From NCBI GenBank assembly GCA_963776245.1, contig CAVZLN010000003.1:736001-800000 (forward strand): a stretch of 64,000 bases of DNA. Direction: 5' to 3'. The notes below the pieces were generated by a model. That model did no database searches, was not told the DNA's origin, and saw only the letters and a program-made list of their open reading frames with translations. Positions 42,150-50,740 of this stretch are shown here, piece after piece. Origin of the DNA: Candidatus Eiseniibacteriota bacterium (GTDB taxonomy: Bacteria; Eisenbacteria; RBG-16-71-46). A program made the position numbers and the translations under genes. Position 1 is the first letter of the stretch. Each line of letters begins with the position of its first letter.

Positions 42150-43681
42150 CGTGCCTCCTGGAGTGGGGAAGTGGGAGTGGAGCGGGTGCGCGCTCGCTCG
42201 CGCCGCGGCGCTCGCGCCGGCTCGGTCCAGAGCGCGACCACGGCGTAGGCGCGCCACGGCCGCCAGCCCTCGGCGCGCGCGAGCACGACGCGCTCGGTCG
42301 GCAACGGTCCGCCGCGTGCCAGCGCCTTGCGCACTCCGAGGTCCCCGGCGGGGAAGGCATCCGGCTCTCCGAGCGCACGCAGCGCGATGTAGTGCGCCGT
42401 CCACTCGCCGATGCCGGGGAACGCGGTGAGGCGCGTCACCGCATCGTCGAGGCCCGCGCTCATGCCGAGATCGAGCGCCCCGTCCGCGACCGCGCGCGCG
42501 AACCCGCGCAGCGCCGCCGCGCGGGCGCGGGTGAGCCCGAGACCTCCGAGCGGAGCGGCCGCGACCGCCTCGGGCGCCGGGAACGCGTGGGTGAGCCCGC
42601 CATCCGGCGTTCGGGCGCGCATCCCACACGCGAGCACCAGACGATGGGCGAGCGTTCGAGCCGCAGCGACCGAGACCTGCTGGCCGAGCAGCGCGCGCAC
42701 CCCGGCCTCGAACGGGTCGAACGCCCCGGGCACGCGCACCGCGCGCCCCGCGAGCGCGCGCGCGAGCCGCGGGTCGCGCCCGAGATGGCGCGCGATCGCC
42801 CCGGCGTCCGCGTCGAGGTCGAACACCCGCGTGACGCGCGCGACCAGCCAGGGCAGCGCCGCGAGCGCGGCGGGCGGCACCCTCAAGGTGACCCCGGTGG
42901 CGGCGTCGGCGCGCGCCTCGAGCACCAGCGGACGGACCGTCCCGGCGCCGTCCTCGCGCTCGCGCGGCGGCAGGAACGTGCGGCGGTAGAGCCCGTCGCC
43001 GACTTCCTCGACGCCCGGGATCGCGCGCTGCGCGAGGAACGCGAGCAGCGGGGCGGGCTCGAACGGCAGGCGCGCGGGCAGCCGCAGGACGAGGGTGCCG
43101 TCGTCGTCCGCGACGCGCGTCCGACGCCGGCCGCGCAGCTCGGTGGGAGTGCGCCGGAAGGTGTGACGCAGCGTCTCGCGGAGCCGGCGCGCGCTCCCGA
43201 AGCCGGCCGCGACGGCGACGTCCTCGAGCGGCAATGAGGTGTCCCCGAGCAAGCGGCGCGCGAAGTGCGCCTGGCGCGTGCGCGCCACGGCGGACGGCGA
43301 CGCCCCGACGTGTTCCATGAACAGCCGGCGCAGCCAGCGCGAGGTCACGCCGAGCCGGCCGGCCAGTGCCTCCAGCGAGCCGTGCGAGAGCGCGCCGGCG
43401 TCGATGAGCCGCAGCGCGCGCGTGACCGTGGCCGAGGTGCCGCGCCAGGCGGCGCTGCCGGGCGCGCTGTCGGGACGGCAGCGCAGGCAGGGACGGAAGC
43501 CGGCGGACTCGGCGGCCGCGGGCGATCCGTAGAAGCGCACCCGATGACGCGCCGGGAGCTTCGCGGGGCAGCCGGGCCGGCAGTAGATGCCGGTGGAGGT
43601 CACGCCCATCACGAAGCGCCCGACGAAACGGCGGTCGCGGCTCACCCAGGCCCGCCAGCAGATCTCGGGATCGAGCGTCAT
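42146..43681 (-). CDS. alkA: Ada Zn-binding/AraC domain fused to DNA-3-methyladenine glycosylase AlkA
   Basis: STGIYCRPGC, GFRPCLRCRP, AraC HTH, LGQQVS, PGIGEWTA HhH, DAFPAGD, WRPWRAYA. Confidence 0.92.
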   Translation of the reverse strand: MTLDPEICWRAWVSRDRRFVGRFVMGVTSTGIYCRPGCPAKLPARHRVRFYGSPAAAESAGFRPCLRCRPDSAPGSAAWRGTSATVTRALRLIDAGALSHGSLEALAGRLGVTSRWLRRLFMEHVGASPSAVARTRQAHFARRLLGDTSLPLEDVAVAAGFGSARRLRETLRHTFRRTPTELRGRRRTRVADDDGTLVLRLPARLPFEPAPLLAFLAQRAIPGVEEVGDGLYRRTFLPPREREDGAGTVRPLVLEARADAATGVTLRVPPAALAALPWLVARVTRVFDLDADAGAIARHLGRDPRLARALAGRAVRVPGAFDPFEAGVRALLGQQVSVAAARTLAHRLVLACGMRARTPDGGLTHAFPAPEAVAAAPLGGLGLTRARAAALRGFARAVADGALDLGMSAGLDDAVTRLTAFPGIGEWTAHYIALRALGEPDAFPAGDLGVRKALARGGPLPTERVVLARAEGWRPWRAYAVVALWTEPARAPRRERARTRSTPTSPLQEAR

Positions 43682-43900
43682 GCCCGAAGGAATAGCACGC
43701 CGGCGGGGCCATGGGCGGACGATTCCGGAACCCGAACCGATGCCCCACCGGCGGCCGGGACCGTGCCGCGCGGCCACCGGGGGGTGGCGCTCCCGCCGCG
43801 CGGTTGGCCCGGGTGGTGGCGGTCCCTTAGACTCGCCGTCCGATGACCCGCGCTCGGCGCCGCGATACGCGCCGCGGAACCCAACCCGGAAGACCCCGCC

Positions 43901-44728
43901 ATGCGATCGTCACGCGTGCTCTGGATCCTCGCGCTCGTCCTGACCCTGTTCTCGGCCTCCTGGCAGCGCCGCACTGGACCGACCCACCCGATCTCGGGGA
44001 GGAGCGTGGTCGCCGGCCGCACGGTCACGTGGACCTTCGAGCGCACGCACAAGGGCGCGGGCGACCAGGCGGTGGAACTGCGCGCCCCCGAGGGCGTCAC
44101 GGGCAGGGTGGAGTGGAGGCGGTTCGGCACCGCACTGGACTGGTCCGTGATCCCGATGCGCCGGCAGGGCGAGCGGCTCGTCGCCGCGCTGCCGTGGCAG
44201 CCGCCCGCCGGCGTGCTCAAGTATCGGATCACGGCGGAAGCGGACAGCCAGAGCGTGCTCATCCCCGGGCGCGAGCCGGTGACCATCCGCTACACCGGCG
44301 AGGTGCCGCCCTTCGTCATGATCCCGCACATCCTCCTCATGATCCTCGCCATGCTGCTCTCGGCCCGCGCCGGGCTCGAGTGCTTCGCGAAGGCGCCGCG
44401 CCTGCGCCCGTTCACGGACTGGACGCTGGGCGTGCTGATCGTCGGCGGGATGATCTTCGGCCCGCTCGTGCTGAAGAACGCGTTCGGCTTCTGGTGGACC
44501 GGGTGGCCGGTGGGCGGCGACATCACCGACAACAAGACGCTGATCGCGCTGGTGGGCTGGATCGTCGCGGCGTTCGCGGTGCGCCGGCTCGCGAAGCCGA
44601 GCGCGTGGGTGCTGGCCGCCTCGCTCCTGATGTTCCTCGTCTTCATGATCCCGCACAGCTACCGCGGCACCGGCTTCGAGGAGCCCGTGACGCCGGCCGC
44701 CGGCACGAACGCCCCGGTCCAGCGCTGA
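43901..44728 (+). CDS. hypothetical membrane protein (periplasmic beta domain + 4 TM)
   Basis: Hydropathy pattern; WTGWP..DITDNKTL and IPHS look like conserved motifs. Confidence 0.75.
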   Translation: MRSSRVLWILALVLTLFSASWQRRTGPTHPISGRSVVAGRTVTWTFERTHKGAGDQAVELRAPEGVTGRVEWRRFGTALDWSVIPMRRQGERLVAALPWQPPAGVLKYRITAEADSQSVLIPGREPVTIRYTGEVPPFVMIPHILLMILAMLLSARAGLECFAKAPRLRPFTDWTLGVLIVGGMIFGPLVLKNAFGFWWTGWPVGGDITDNKTLIALVGWIVAAFAVRRLAKPSAWVLAASLLMFLVFMIPHSYRGTGFEEPVTPAAGTNAPVQR

Positions 44729-44773
44729 CGGGGGCTGGGGCGCGGCACCGGTGAAGGTCCCGGGGTGCGCGCG

Positions 44774-46417
44774 TCAGCGCGCGGGATGCAGGCGGGCCAG
44801 CACCAGCGTGGGCGTGCGCAGCACGATCTCCACCGGGCCCGGGTTGCCGCGCGCCACCGCGTGCTCGCGCGACGGCCGGAACGCCGCGTACACCAGCGAG
44901 TCGGGAGCGCGCCACGCATCGAGCGGGCCGGCGAGCGCGGGCGCCACCGCCAGCACGTGGCGCGAATAGAGCCGCAGCGAGGGCGGTGGCGGTTCGTCGA
45001 GCACCAGCGGCGCCCGTTCGGGCGCGGCGGCGTCGAGCGCCGCCGCCACCGAGCGGGCGCTCAGGTAGTCCTCGATCGCCGGCAGCACGCGCAGCGCCGC
45101 GACCGGCGCGCCGAGCGCCACCGGCAGCGCGATCAGCGCCGCGGCGAGCCGCCGGCGCCCCGCGAGCTGGGCGAGGAAGGGCAGCCAGGTGGTGGCGAAC
45201 GTGAGCGCCCCGAGCAGCCGCAGTCCGGCCGCGGCGTCGGGCACCCGCGTCGCCATGACCGCGAACAGCAGCCCCGCGACCGTCCCGGTGCACGCGAGCA
45301 TGAGCGTGGCGCGGCCGAGCGCGGCGGCGAGCCGCTCGGGCGCCTCGGTGAGGTGGTCCACGAACCGCCCGCACAGCAGCGCGGCCGCGGGCAGCGCCGG
45401 CAATGCGGCCGTGAGCGGTGGCCCGGGGTAGAGCGCCAGCGGCACGCTCGACATCACCAGGCAGGCCACGAAGAAGTGCGCCGCCGACTCCTCGCGCCGC
45501 TCGCGCGCCAGCGGATCACCGGGCAGCGGTTCCGCGCCGGGGACCAGCGGGGGGTGCGGCCTTCGCCAGCCGTACGCCGCATGGCGCAGCGCCTCGGGCA
45601 CCAGGGCGGCCCACGGGAACGCGCCCACGGCCACGAACGACATCGCGACGACCGCCGCCGAATACCAGGTCCCGTGCGTGCCGGCGCCGTAGGGGAAGAA
45701 CGTCGCGTGCGCCAGGAATCCACCGCCGTGCAGCGCGAACATCGCGCCGTACCACGGCAGCGCCAGCCCCGCGATCAGCGCCACCCCCGCCAGCGGACGG
45801 ACGGCCCGCGTGCCGCCGGGATGGCGCGCCAGCGCCACGTAGAGCGCGAGCGCGCCGAGCGGCCACAGGGCGGGCAGCGGTCCCGCGACCACGAAGGCCG
45901 CCGCGAGCGCGCCCCACGTCACCACCAGCCGCAGGTCGCGCCCGCGCGCCCGGCCGAACAGCGCGTCCGCGAAGCCCGCCGCGCCCACCCATCCCAGGAA
46001 CGTGCCGAGCAACTGGGCGCCATCGGTGCGCGCGGCATGCGGGAGCGCGAGCATGGTGACCAGCGCGACCGCCGCGCTCCAGCCGGCGCGTGCCCCGAAG
46101 TGGCTCGCCCCGATCGAGAACGTGAGCAGCGCCAGCGCCAGCGCCAGCCCCGCGCGCCACAGCCGGACCCCGCGCGGGGAACCGGGCACGCCGGGGGTGA
46201 ACAGCGCCCCCACGACCTCGGGCGCGTAGGCGAGCGCGGGCTTGTCGAACAGCGGTTCGTGTCCGAGCAGCGGCGTGAGCACCTCCTGAGCGCCGATCAT
46301 CTCGCGCGCCACTTCGGCGTCGCGCGCCTCGCGCTCGTCGGTGAAGCCGATGAGGTCGAGGCCGGTGAACAGCACCAGCAGGCACGAGACCACGAACACG
46401 AGCCGGGCGAGACGCAT
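44774..46417 (-). CDS. ArnT/PMT-like (GT-C) glycosyltransferase
   Basis: DEREARDAEVAREM, PLFDKPALAY, ALPWY motifs; many TM helices. Confidence 0.8.
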   Translation of the reverse strand: MRLARLVFVVSCLLVLFTGLDLIGFTDEREARDAEVAREMIGAQEVLTPLLGHEPLFDKPALAYAPEVVGALFTPGVPGSPRGVRLWRAGLALALALLTFSIGASHFGARAGWSAAVALVTMLALPHAARTDGAQLLGTFLGWVGAAGFADALFGRARGRDLRLVVTWGALAAAFVVAGPLPALWPLGALALYVALARHPGGTRAVRPLAGVALIAGLALPWYGAMFALHGGGFLAHATFFPYGAGTHGTWYSAAVVAMSFVAVGAFPWAALVPEALRHAAYGWRRPHPPLVPGAEPLPGDPLARERREESAAHFFVACLVMSSVPLALYPGPPLTAALPALPAAALLCGRFVDHLTEAPERLAAALGRATLMLACTGTVAGLLFAVMATRVPDAAAGLRLLGALTFATTWLPFLAQLAGRRRLAAALIALPVALGAPVAALRVLPAIEDYLSARSVAAALDAAAPERAPLVLDEPPPPSLRLYSRHVLAVAPALAGPLDAWRAPDSLVYAAFRPSREHAVARGNPGPVEIVLRTPTLVLARLHPAR

Positions 46418-46589
46418 GGGACGCGCAGACTATCAGAGGGCGCGCGAGGCCACGACGCGCGGGGTGGCCATCGGCGGCCGGCCGCGCCCCGGCGGCCAAG
46501 CAGCAACGGCGTGCGCGATCGGCCGCAGCATCGGCCGTGCGCGCACGCCGCCATGGGCCCGCCCCCGCGGGGGCGGAGACCCGGCCGGT

Positions 46590-46727
46590 CTAGGTCCCGG
46601 GTGGCGAGAGGGTGACGAACAGCAGGAACGCGAGCGCGAGCGACAGCAGCACGACGAGCAGGATGTCCTGCATCATCGAGCCCGACGGATGATGCTGACG
46701 GCGCGACGGGGGTAGAGCCTGGGACAT
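46590..46727 (-). CDS. 45-aa single-TM small protein (absent from ORF track)
   Basis: GGAGGT SD 7 nt before ATG 46727; MSQALPPSRRQHHPSGSMMQDILLVVLLSLALAFLLFVTLSPPGT*; GC3-rich codons in TM part. Confidence 0.65.
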   Translation of the reverse strand: MSQALPPSRRQHHPSGSMMQDILLVVLLSLALAFLLFVTLSPPGT

Positions 46728-46978
46728 GGCACGCACCTCCGCGCCGCAGGGGGGCACCCGCGGTGCGAGGAGGATTCCGATCCAGCGGCGTGAGCGACCT
46801 CCCCCGGGGACGCCGCCGGTGCAGCATCGCTGCTCGCGAGACTATATAGTGGAGGCGAGCGGGCGGGCCGCCTCGATTAGGAGACAGGCCCTGGCGTCCG
46901 ACGGGACGCTCTCCCCGCTGCCCGTGCGGGCACCGAGGCGGCCAACCTTTCCGGTCCGAAAGGCACCTAACCCATCGA

Positions 46979-47572
46979 GTGATGCGAGACGACGACGCCC
47001 CGGGTGCCGACCGCCCCCTGATCGACGCGCTGATCGATCGCGGGGACGAGCAGGCCTTCCGCGAGCTGTACCGCCGGCACAATCCGGCGCTGTACCAGCT
47101 CCTGCTGCGCATGCTCGGTGGGGACGACCAGGACGCCGAGGACATCGCCCAGGAGACCTGGGTGCAGGCGGTCAAGAGCCTCGCGGGATTCCGCGGCTCG
47201 TCGAGCTTCCGCACGTGGCTCACGGCCATCGGCATCAACCGCTGCCGGAACCTGTTCCGCAGCCGCAAGCGGAAGAACACGGTGCCGTGGATCGAAGGCT
47301 GGGACCCGCCGGCGCCGGAGGTGCCGGTGGGAGCGCGCATCGACCTCGAGCGGGCGATCGCGCTGCTGCCCGATGGGTACCGGGCGGTGCTGGTGCTGCA
47401 CGACGTGGAAGGGTACACGCACGAGGAGATCGCGGCCCGGCTGGGCATCAACGCGGGAACGTCGAAGAGCCAGTTGTTCTGGGCTCGACGGGCGGTCCGG
47501 GGCCTGCTGGAACCGATGGCATCGAGGAGGGAGCGAGATCATGAACGACGAGCTGAACCCGAACGAGCGTGA
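46979..47572 (+). CDS. ECF RNA polymerase sigma factor
   Basis: AEDIAQETW, FRGSSSFRTWL, LPDGYRAVLVLHDVEGYTHEEIA, GTSKSQL. Confidence 0.93.
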   Translation: MMRDDDAPGADRPLIDALIDRGDEQAFRELYRRHNPALYQLLLRMLGGDDQDAEDIAQETWVQAVKSLAGFRGSSSFRTWLTAIGINRCRNLFRSRKRKNTVPWIEGWDPPAPEVPVGARIDLERAIALLPDGYRAVLVLHDVEGYTHEEIAARLGINAGTSKSQLFWARRAVRGLLEPMASRRERDHERRAEPERA

Positions 47573-48083
47573 CGCGTTCGAGGCGCTGCCGCGCGAGCGG
47601 CAGGCGCCGCGCGCGCTCGAGGAGCGGGTGCTGGGTGCGCTGCGACGCGAGGGCCTGGTGCGCGCGCCGCGTGCCGCGCGCCCCGCGTGGTGGTCGTGGC
47701 GGCTGGTGCCGGCGATGGCCGCCGGGCTCGCGCTGTTCGCGGGTGGTGTGGTGGTGGGCGTGCGTCTGGAGCCGACGGTCGCTCCGCGTTCCAGCCTGAC
47801 GGCGGCGTCGGTGGGCGCCGGCGGCGATCGCGCCGCGCGCATCGAGCGCAGCGGCAGCCGCTATCTCGACGAGCTCACGGCGCTGAGCCGCGCGACCGAC
47901 ACCACGCAGTCGCCCGAGCGCGCACGCGGGCGGCTGGCCGCGGGCCGCATCCTGCGCCAGGCCGCGCAGGAAGTGGCGCGCATGGATCCGAACGACCCGC
48001 TGGCCGAGCGCATCCTCGGCGGCGGCGAACTGGTGAGCGCCCAGTTGGCGAACAACGAGCCCACCCACTTCGTGTGGTACTGA
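47541..48083 (+). CDS. putative membrane-anchored anti-sigma factor (180 aa)
   Basis: ATG 47541 with GAGGAGG SD, overlaps sigma gene, single central TM. Confidence 0.7.
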   Translation: MNDELNPNERDAFEALPRERQAPRALEERVLGALRREGLVRAPRAARPAWWSWRLVPAMAAGLALFAGGVVVGVRLEPTVAPRSSLTAASVGAGGDRAARIERSGSRYLDELTALSRATDTTQSPERARGRLAAGRILRQAAQEVARMDPNDPLAERILGGGELVSAQLANNEPTHFVWY

Positions 48084-48096
48084 GGCGGCACGGGCG

Positions 48097-49023
48097 ATGG
48101 GACGAACGATGGAGAAGGACCGGATGAACCTGCGGATGTCGATCGTGATCGGCGTGATCGTGACCCTGGCGGCGCTCGCGGCGTGGGCCGCGGCGCTCGG
48201 ACTGACCGCGTGCGCCGCATGGGCGGGTGAGGCGCCGGCGCCCGGGCCGCGCGTGATGACGAAGGTGCGCGTGGTCGCCCCCGCGGACCCCGGCGCGCCC
48301 GGGACGCCGCGCCTCGTCCGCGCCCCGCTGGCGCCGATGCCGGACGAGGTCTCGGCGCGCGGATGGTTCGGCATGCAGTTCACCTGCAGCGAGTGCACCA
48401 TCGAGCCGCGCACCGCGAGCAAGGCCCCAGTGTGGACCTTCGCCGAGCCGCCCGAGGTCTACCGCGTCGAGCCCGGTGGCCCCGCCGACAAGGGCGGCAT
48501 GCTGCCCGGCGACGTGCTCACCCAGATCGACGGCCTGGCGCTCGACTCGGCCGAGGGCGGCCGGCGCTTCGGCGCCGTGGAGCCCGGGCAGAAGGTGCAC
48601 TGGACGGTGCGCCGCGGCGGCGCGACGCGCGATCTCGCGGTGGTCGCGGGGGAGCGCCCCGGCCAGGGCCAGGTCCCGAGCCGCGAGGCCCAGCTGGCAC
48701 GACTCAACGAGCAGCTCGTCCGCGCGCGCGAGATGCTCGTGCGCACGCGCGACCTCGAGGACATGGGACAGATGCGCCAGGCGGTCGACCGGGCGCGCGC
48801 CCAGCTCGCGCAGCTCGAGTTCGAACGCGCGTTCCGCGCGCCGATGGCGTCGCGCACGCGCAACGCGGCGCAGCCGCTGCGCTACAGCGGCACCGTCGGC
48901 TGTTCGGACGTGGACGTTCGCGGCGTCGGCGCGGTGAACGTGACGGTGAGCCAGGAAGGCGACGAGATCGTGATCACCACCGGCGACGCGACGGTGCGGG
49001 TGAAGGCGGGCGCGAAGAAGTAG
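48097..49023 (+). CDS. secreted/membrane PDZ-domain protein with coiled coil
   Basis: GWFGM, VEPGGPADKGGMLPGDVLTQIDG PDZ signature; start uncertain (48097/48109/48124). Confidence 0.8.
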   Translation: MGRTMEKDRMNLRMSIVIGVIVTLAALAAWAAALGLTACAAWAGEAPAPGPRVMTKVRVVAPADPGAPGTPRLVRAPLAPMPDEVSARGWFGMQFTCSECTIEPRTASKAPVWTFAEPPEVYRVEPGGPADKGGMLPGDVLTQIDGLALDSAEGGRRFGAVEPGQKVHWTVRRGGATRDLAVVAGERPGQGQVPSREAQLARLNEQLVRAREMLVRTRDLEDMGQMRQAVDRARAQLAQLEFERAFRAPMASRTRNAAQPLRYSGTVGCSDVDVRGVGAVNVTVSQEGDEIVITTGDATVRVKAGAKK

Positions 49024-49068
49024 CGGGGGGCGAAGCGCGGCGGATCCGCTGGTGGCCGGAACCCGCCC

Positions 49069-50037
49069 CTACACCGCCTCGGAGATCGGGAGTTCGAGCG
49101 GCTGCTCGACGTATCCTCGCTCGAGGTGGCCCATGATCGCCTCGGCGGTCCGCGACCCGGCGGCCAGCTCCATCTGGCCGATCTCCGTACCGCAGCGCGG
49201 ACAGACCAGCGGATCCACCTGGAAGACGCGCTGGAGCAGTTCGTCCCAGGTCCCGAAGGCGTGCACTTCCTTGCAGCTGCCGCAGCGCACCATCGCCGGT
49301 TCTCCGAGCAACTCGGCGGCCGTCGGCGGCTCCACCCGCGTGTCCGTCTCGAAGTGCTCGCGGTACCAGCGATGGTAGTGGTGGCGGGCCCACCCGCGGT
49401 CCACCCATCCGGTGATCATGCCGGTGATCCCGATGCGCGTGCTCGGATTCACGGTCGCCATGAAGATGTGCCCGCCCACCAGCGGCAGGCCCGCGACCGC
49501 CATCGCGACATGGAGCACCCACGGGAAGAACGCCGTGCCCGGCAGCCACACGGCGATGCCGGTGGCGATGTAGAGCGTGTAGGTCGTGCTCACCATCATG
49601 AAGTTGAGCTTCTCGGCGGCGTTGAACTTGCCCTGCTCGGGAGCGGGGAAGCTCGGATCCACCGCGGCCCGGTGCGCCACCAGGAGCCAGCGCACGTCAT
49701 CGCGGGTCCAGACCCAGCCCTCGCGGATGTTCTCGAGGTGAGTGCGCCACTCGCGACGCCCCCACAGCAACGCGATCGGGGGAAGGGCGATCAGGGCGAT
49801 GCCGACGGCGCGATGGATCCACCCGAACAGGGCGCGCACGTGACGCGGCTGCGGCTCGCCCCACTGCAGCAGCATGATCAGCGCGGTGGCGTAGAGCAGC
49901 ACGTAGGGGATCGCCAGGGCCCAGTGGAGCCAGCGCTCCGAGGCATGGAAGCGCAGGATGGTCGGCGATTCCTTGGGCGCGATGTGCAGGTCCGCGGGGG
50001 GCCGCGCCACCCCCGACCGATGTGGGTCCATGGACAA
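49069..50037 (-). CDS. cytochrome b (FdnI/formate dehydrogenase gamma-like) with C-terminal zinc ribbon
   Basis: RFHASERWLHW, IHR, QGKFNAAEK, LH..GHIFM, GMITGWV..WARHHY; CGSC...CPRC. Confidence 0.85.
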   Translation of the reverse strand: MSMDPHRSGVARPPADLHIAPKESPTILRFHASERWLHWALAIPYVLLYATALIMLLQWGEPQPRHVRALFGWIHRAVGIALIALPPIALLWGRREWRTHLENIREGWVWTRDDVRWLLVAHRAAVDPSFPAPEQGKFNAAEKLNFMMVSTTYTLYIATGIAVWLPGTAFFPWVLHVAMAVAGLPLVGGHIFMATVNPSTRIGITGMITGWVDRGWARHHYHRWYREHFETDTRVEPPTAAELLGEPAMVRCGSCKEVHAFGTWDELLQRVFQVDPLVCPRCGTEIGQMELAAGSRTAEAIMGHLERGYVEQPLELPISEAV

Positions 50038-50066
50038 TCGAGCGATCTCCTTCCGCGCTGCGTGGT

Positions 50067-50082
50067 TGCAAGAATGGGTCCA
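50067..50082 (-). promoter_or_regulatory. possible sigma54 -24/-12 promoter (TGGACCCATTCTTGCA)
   Basis: GG-N10-GC with TTGCA, upstream of AAGGAG SD of the cytochrome b gene. Confidence 0.4.
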
Positions 50083-50308
50083 CCGGGCGGGATCCCGGGA
50101 CAGGATCCCGATCCCGCCTTCGCGATCACAGGTTCGGCCAGCCCGGGCTCATGCCCGGAGGTCCGGCCGGGGCCCGCGGCGGCTCGCGGGCGGGTATCGC
50201 GCCTGAGGACGCAGGGAGGCGCCCAGGTCAGAACGCGAGGCTCGGCGTGCAGGTTACGATGCGGTCCGGCTCGGCCGGATCCCGCCCGTCTCGTACACTG
50301 GGTCCCCC

Positions 50309-50689
50309 ATGGATGCTCCCGAATACACGCTGTTGGTGGACGGAACCTGCCGCCTTTGTGCCCGTCTGGTCACCACGGTCCGCGCGTGGGACCGCGACGG
50401 GAGGGTGGAGTGCGTCCCTTATCAGGACCCCTCGGTGCCGGCGCGCTTCCCTCGCCTCGCACCGGCGGCCCTCGCCGGCCAGGTGCACCTGGTCGCCGCG
50501 GACGGGGCGACCTGGACCGGCGCCGCGGCGATCGAGCGACTCCTCGGCCTGATGCCGCGCGGGCGGGCGCTCGCGTGGGTGTTCCGCCTGCCGCTCGCGG
50601 GGCGCATCGCCGAGCACGTGTACCGCCGGGTGGCGCGCGACCGTCACCGCTTCGGCTGTGTGGCGCACGGCGCGGGGGACGAGCGCTGA
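50309..50689 (+). CDS. DCC1-like/DUF393 thiol-disulfide oxidoreductase family protein
   Basis: DGTCRLC motif; VYRRVARDRHRFG. Confidence 0.88.
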   Translation: MDAPEYTLLVDGTCRLCARLVTTVRAWDRDGRVECVPYQDPSVPARFPRLAPAALAGQVHLVAADGATWTGAAAIERLLGLMPRGRALAWVFRLPLAGRIAEHVYRRVARDRHRFGCVAHGAGDER

Positions 50690-50740
50690 GACCGGGGCCG
50701 CGGCGATCCGCGGCGGTCGCGCCCCGGGCACGCCTGGGCC

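Noticed and set aside
41586..43681. ada-alkA/ogt pair as novel
   Set aside because: Well-known adaptive-response arrangement
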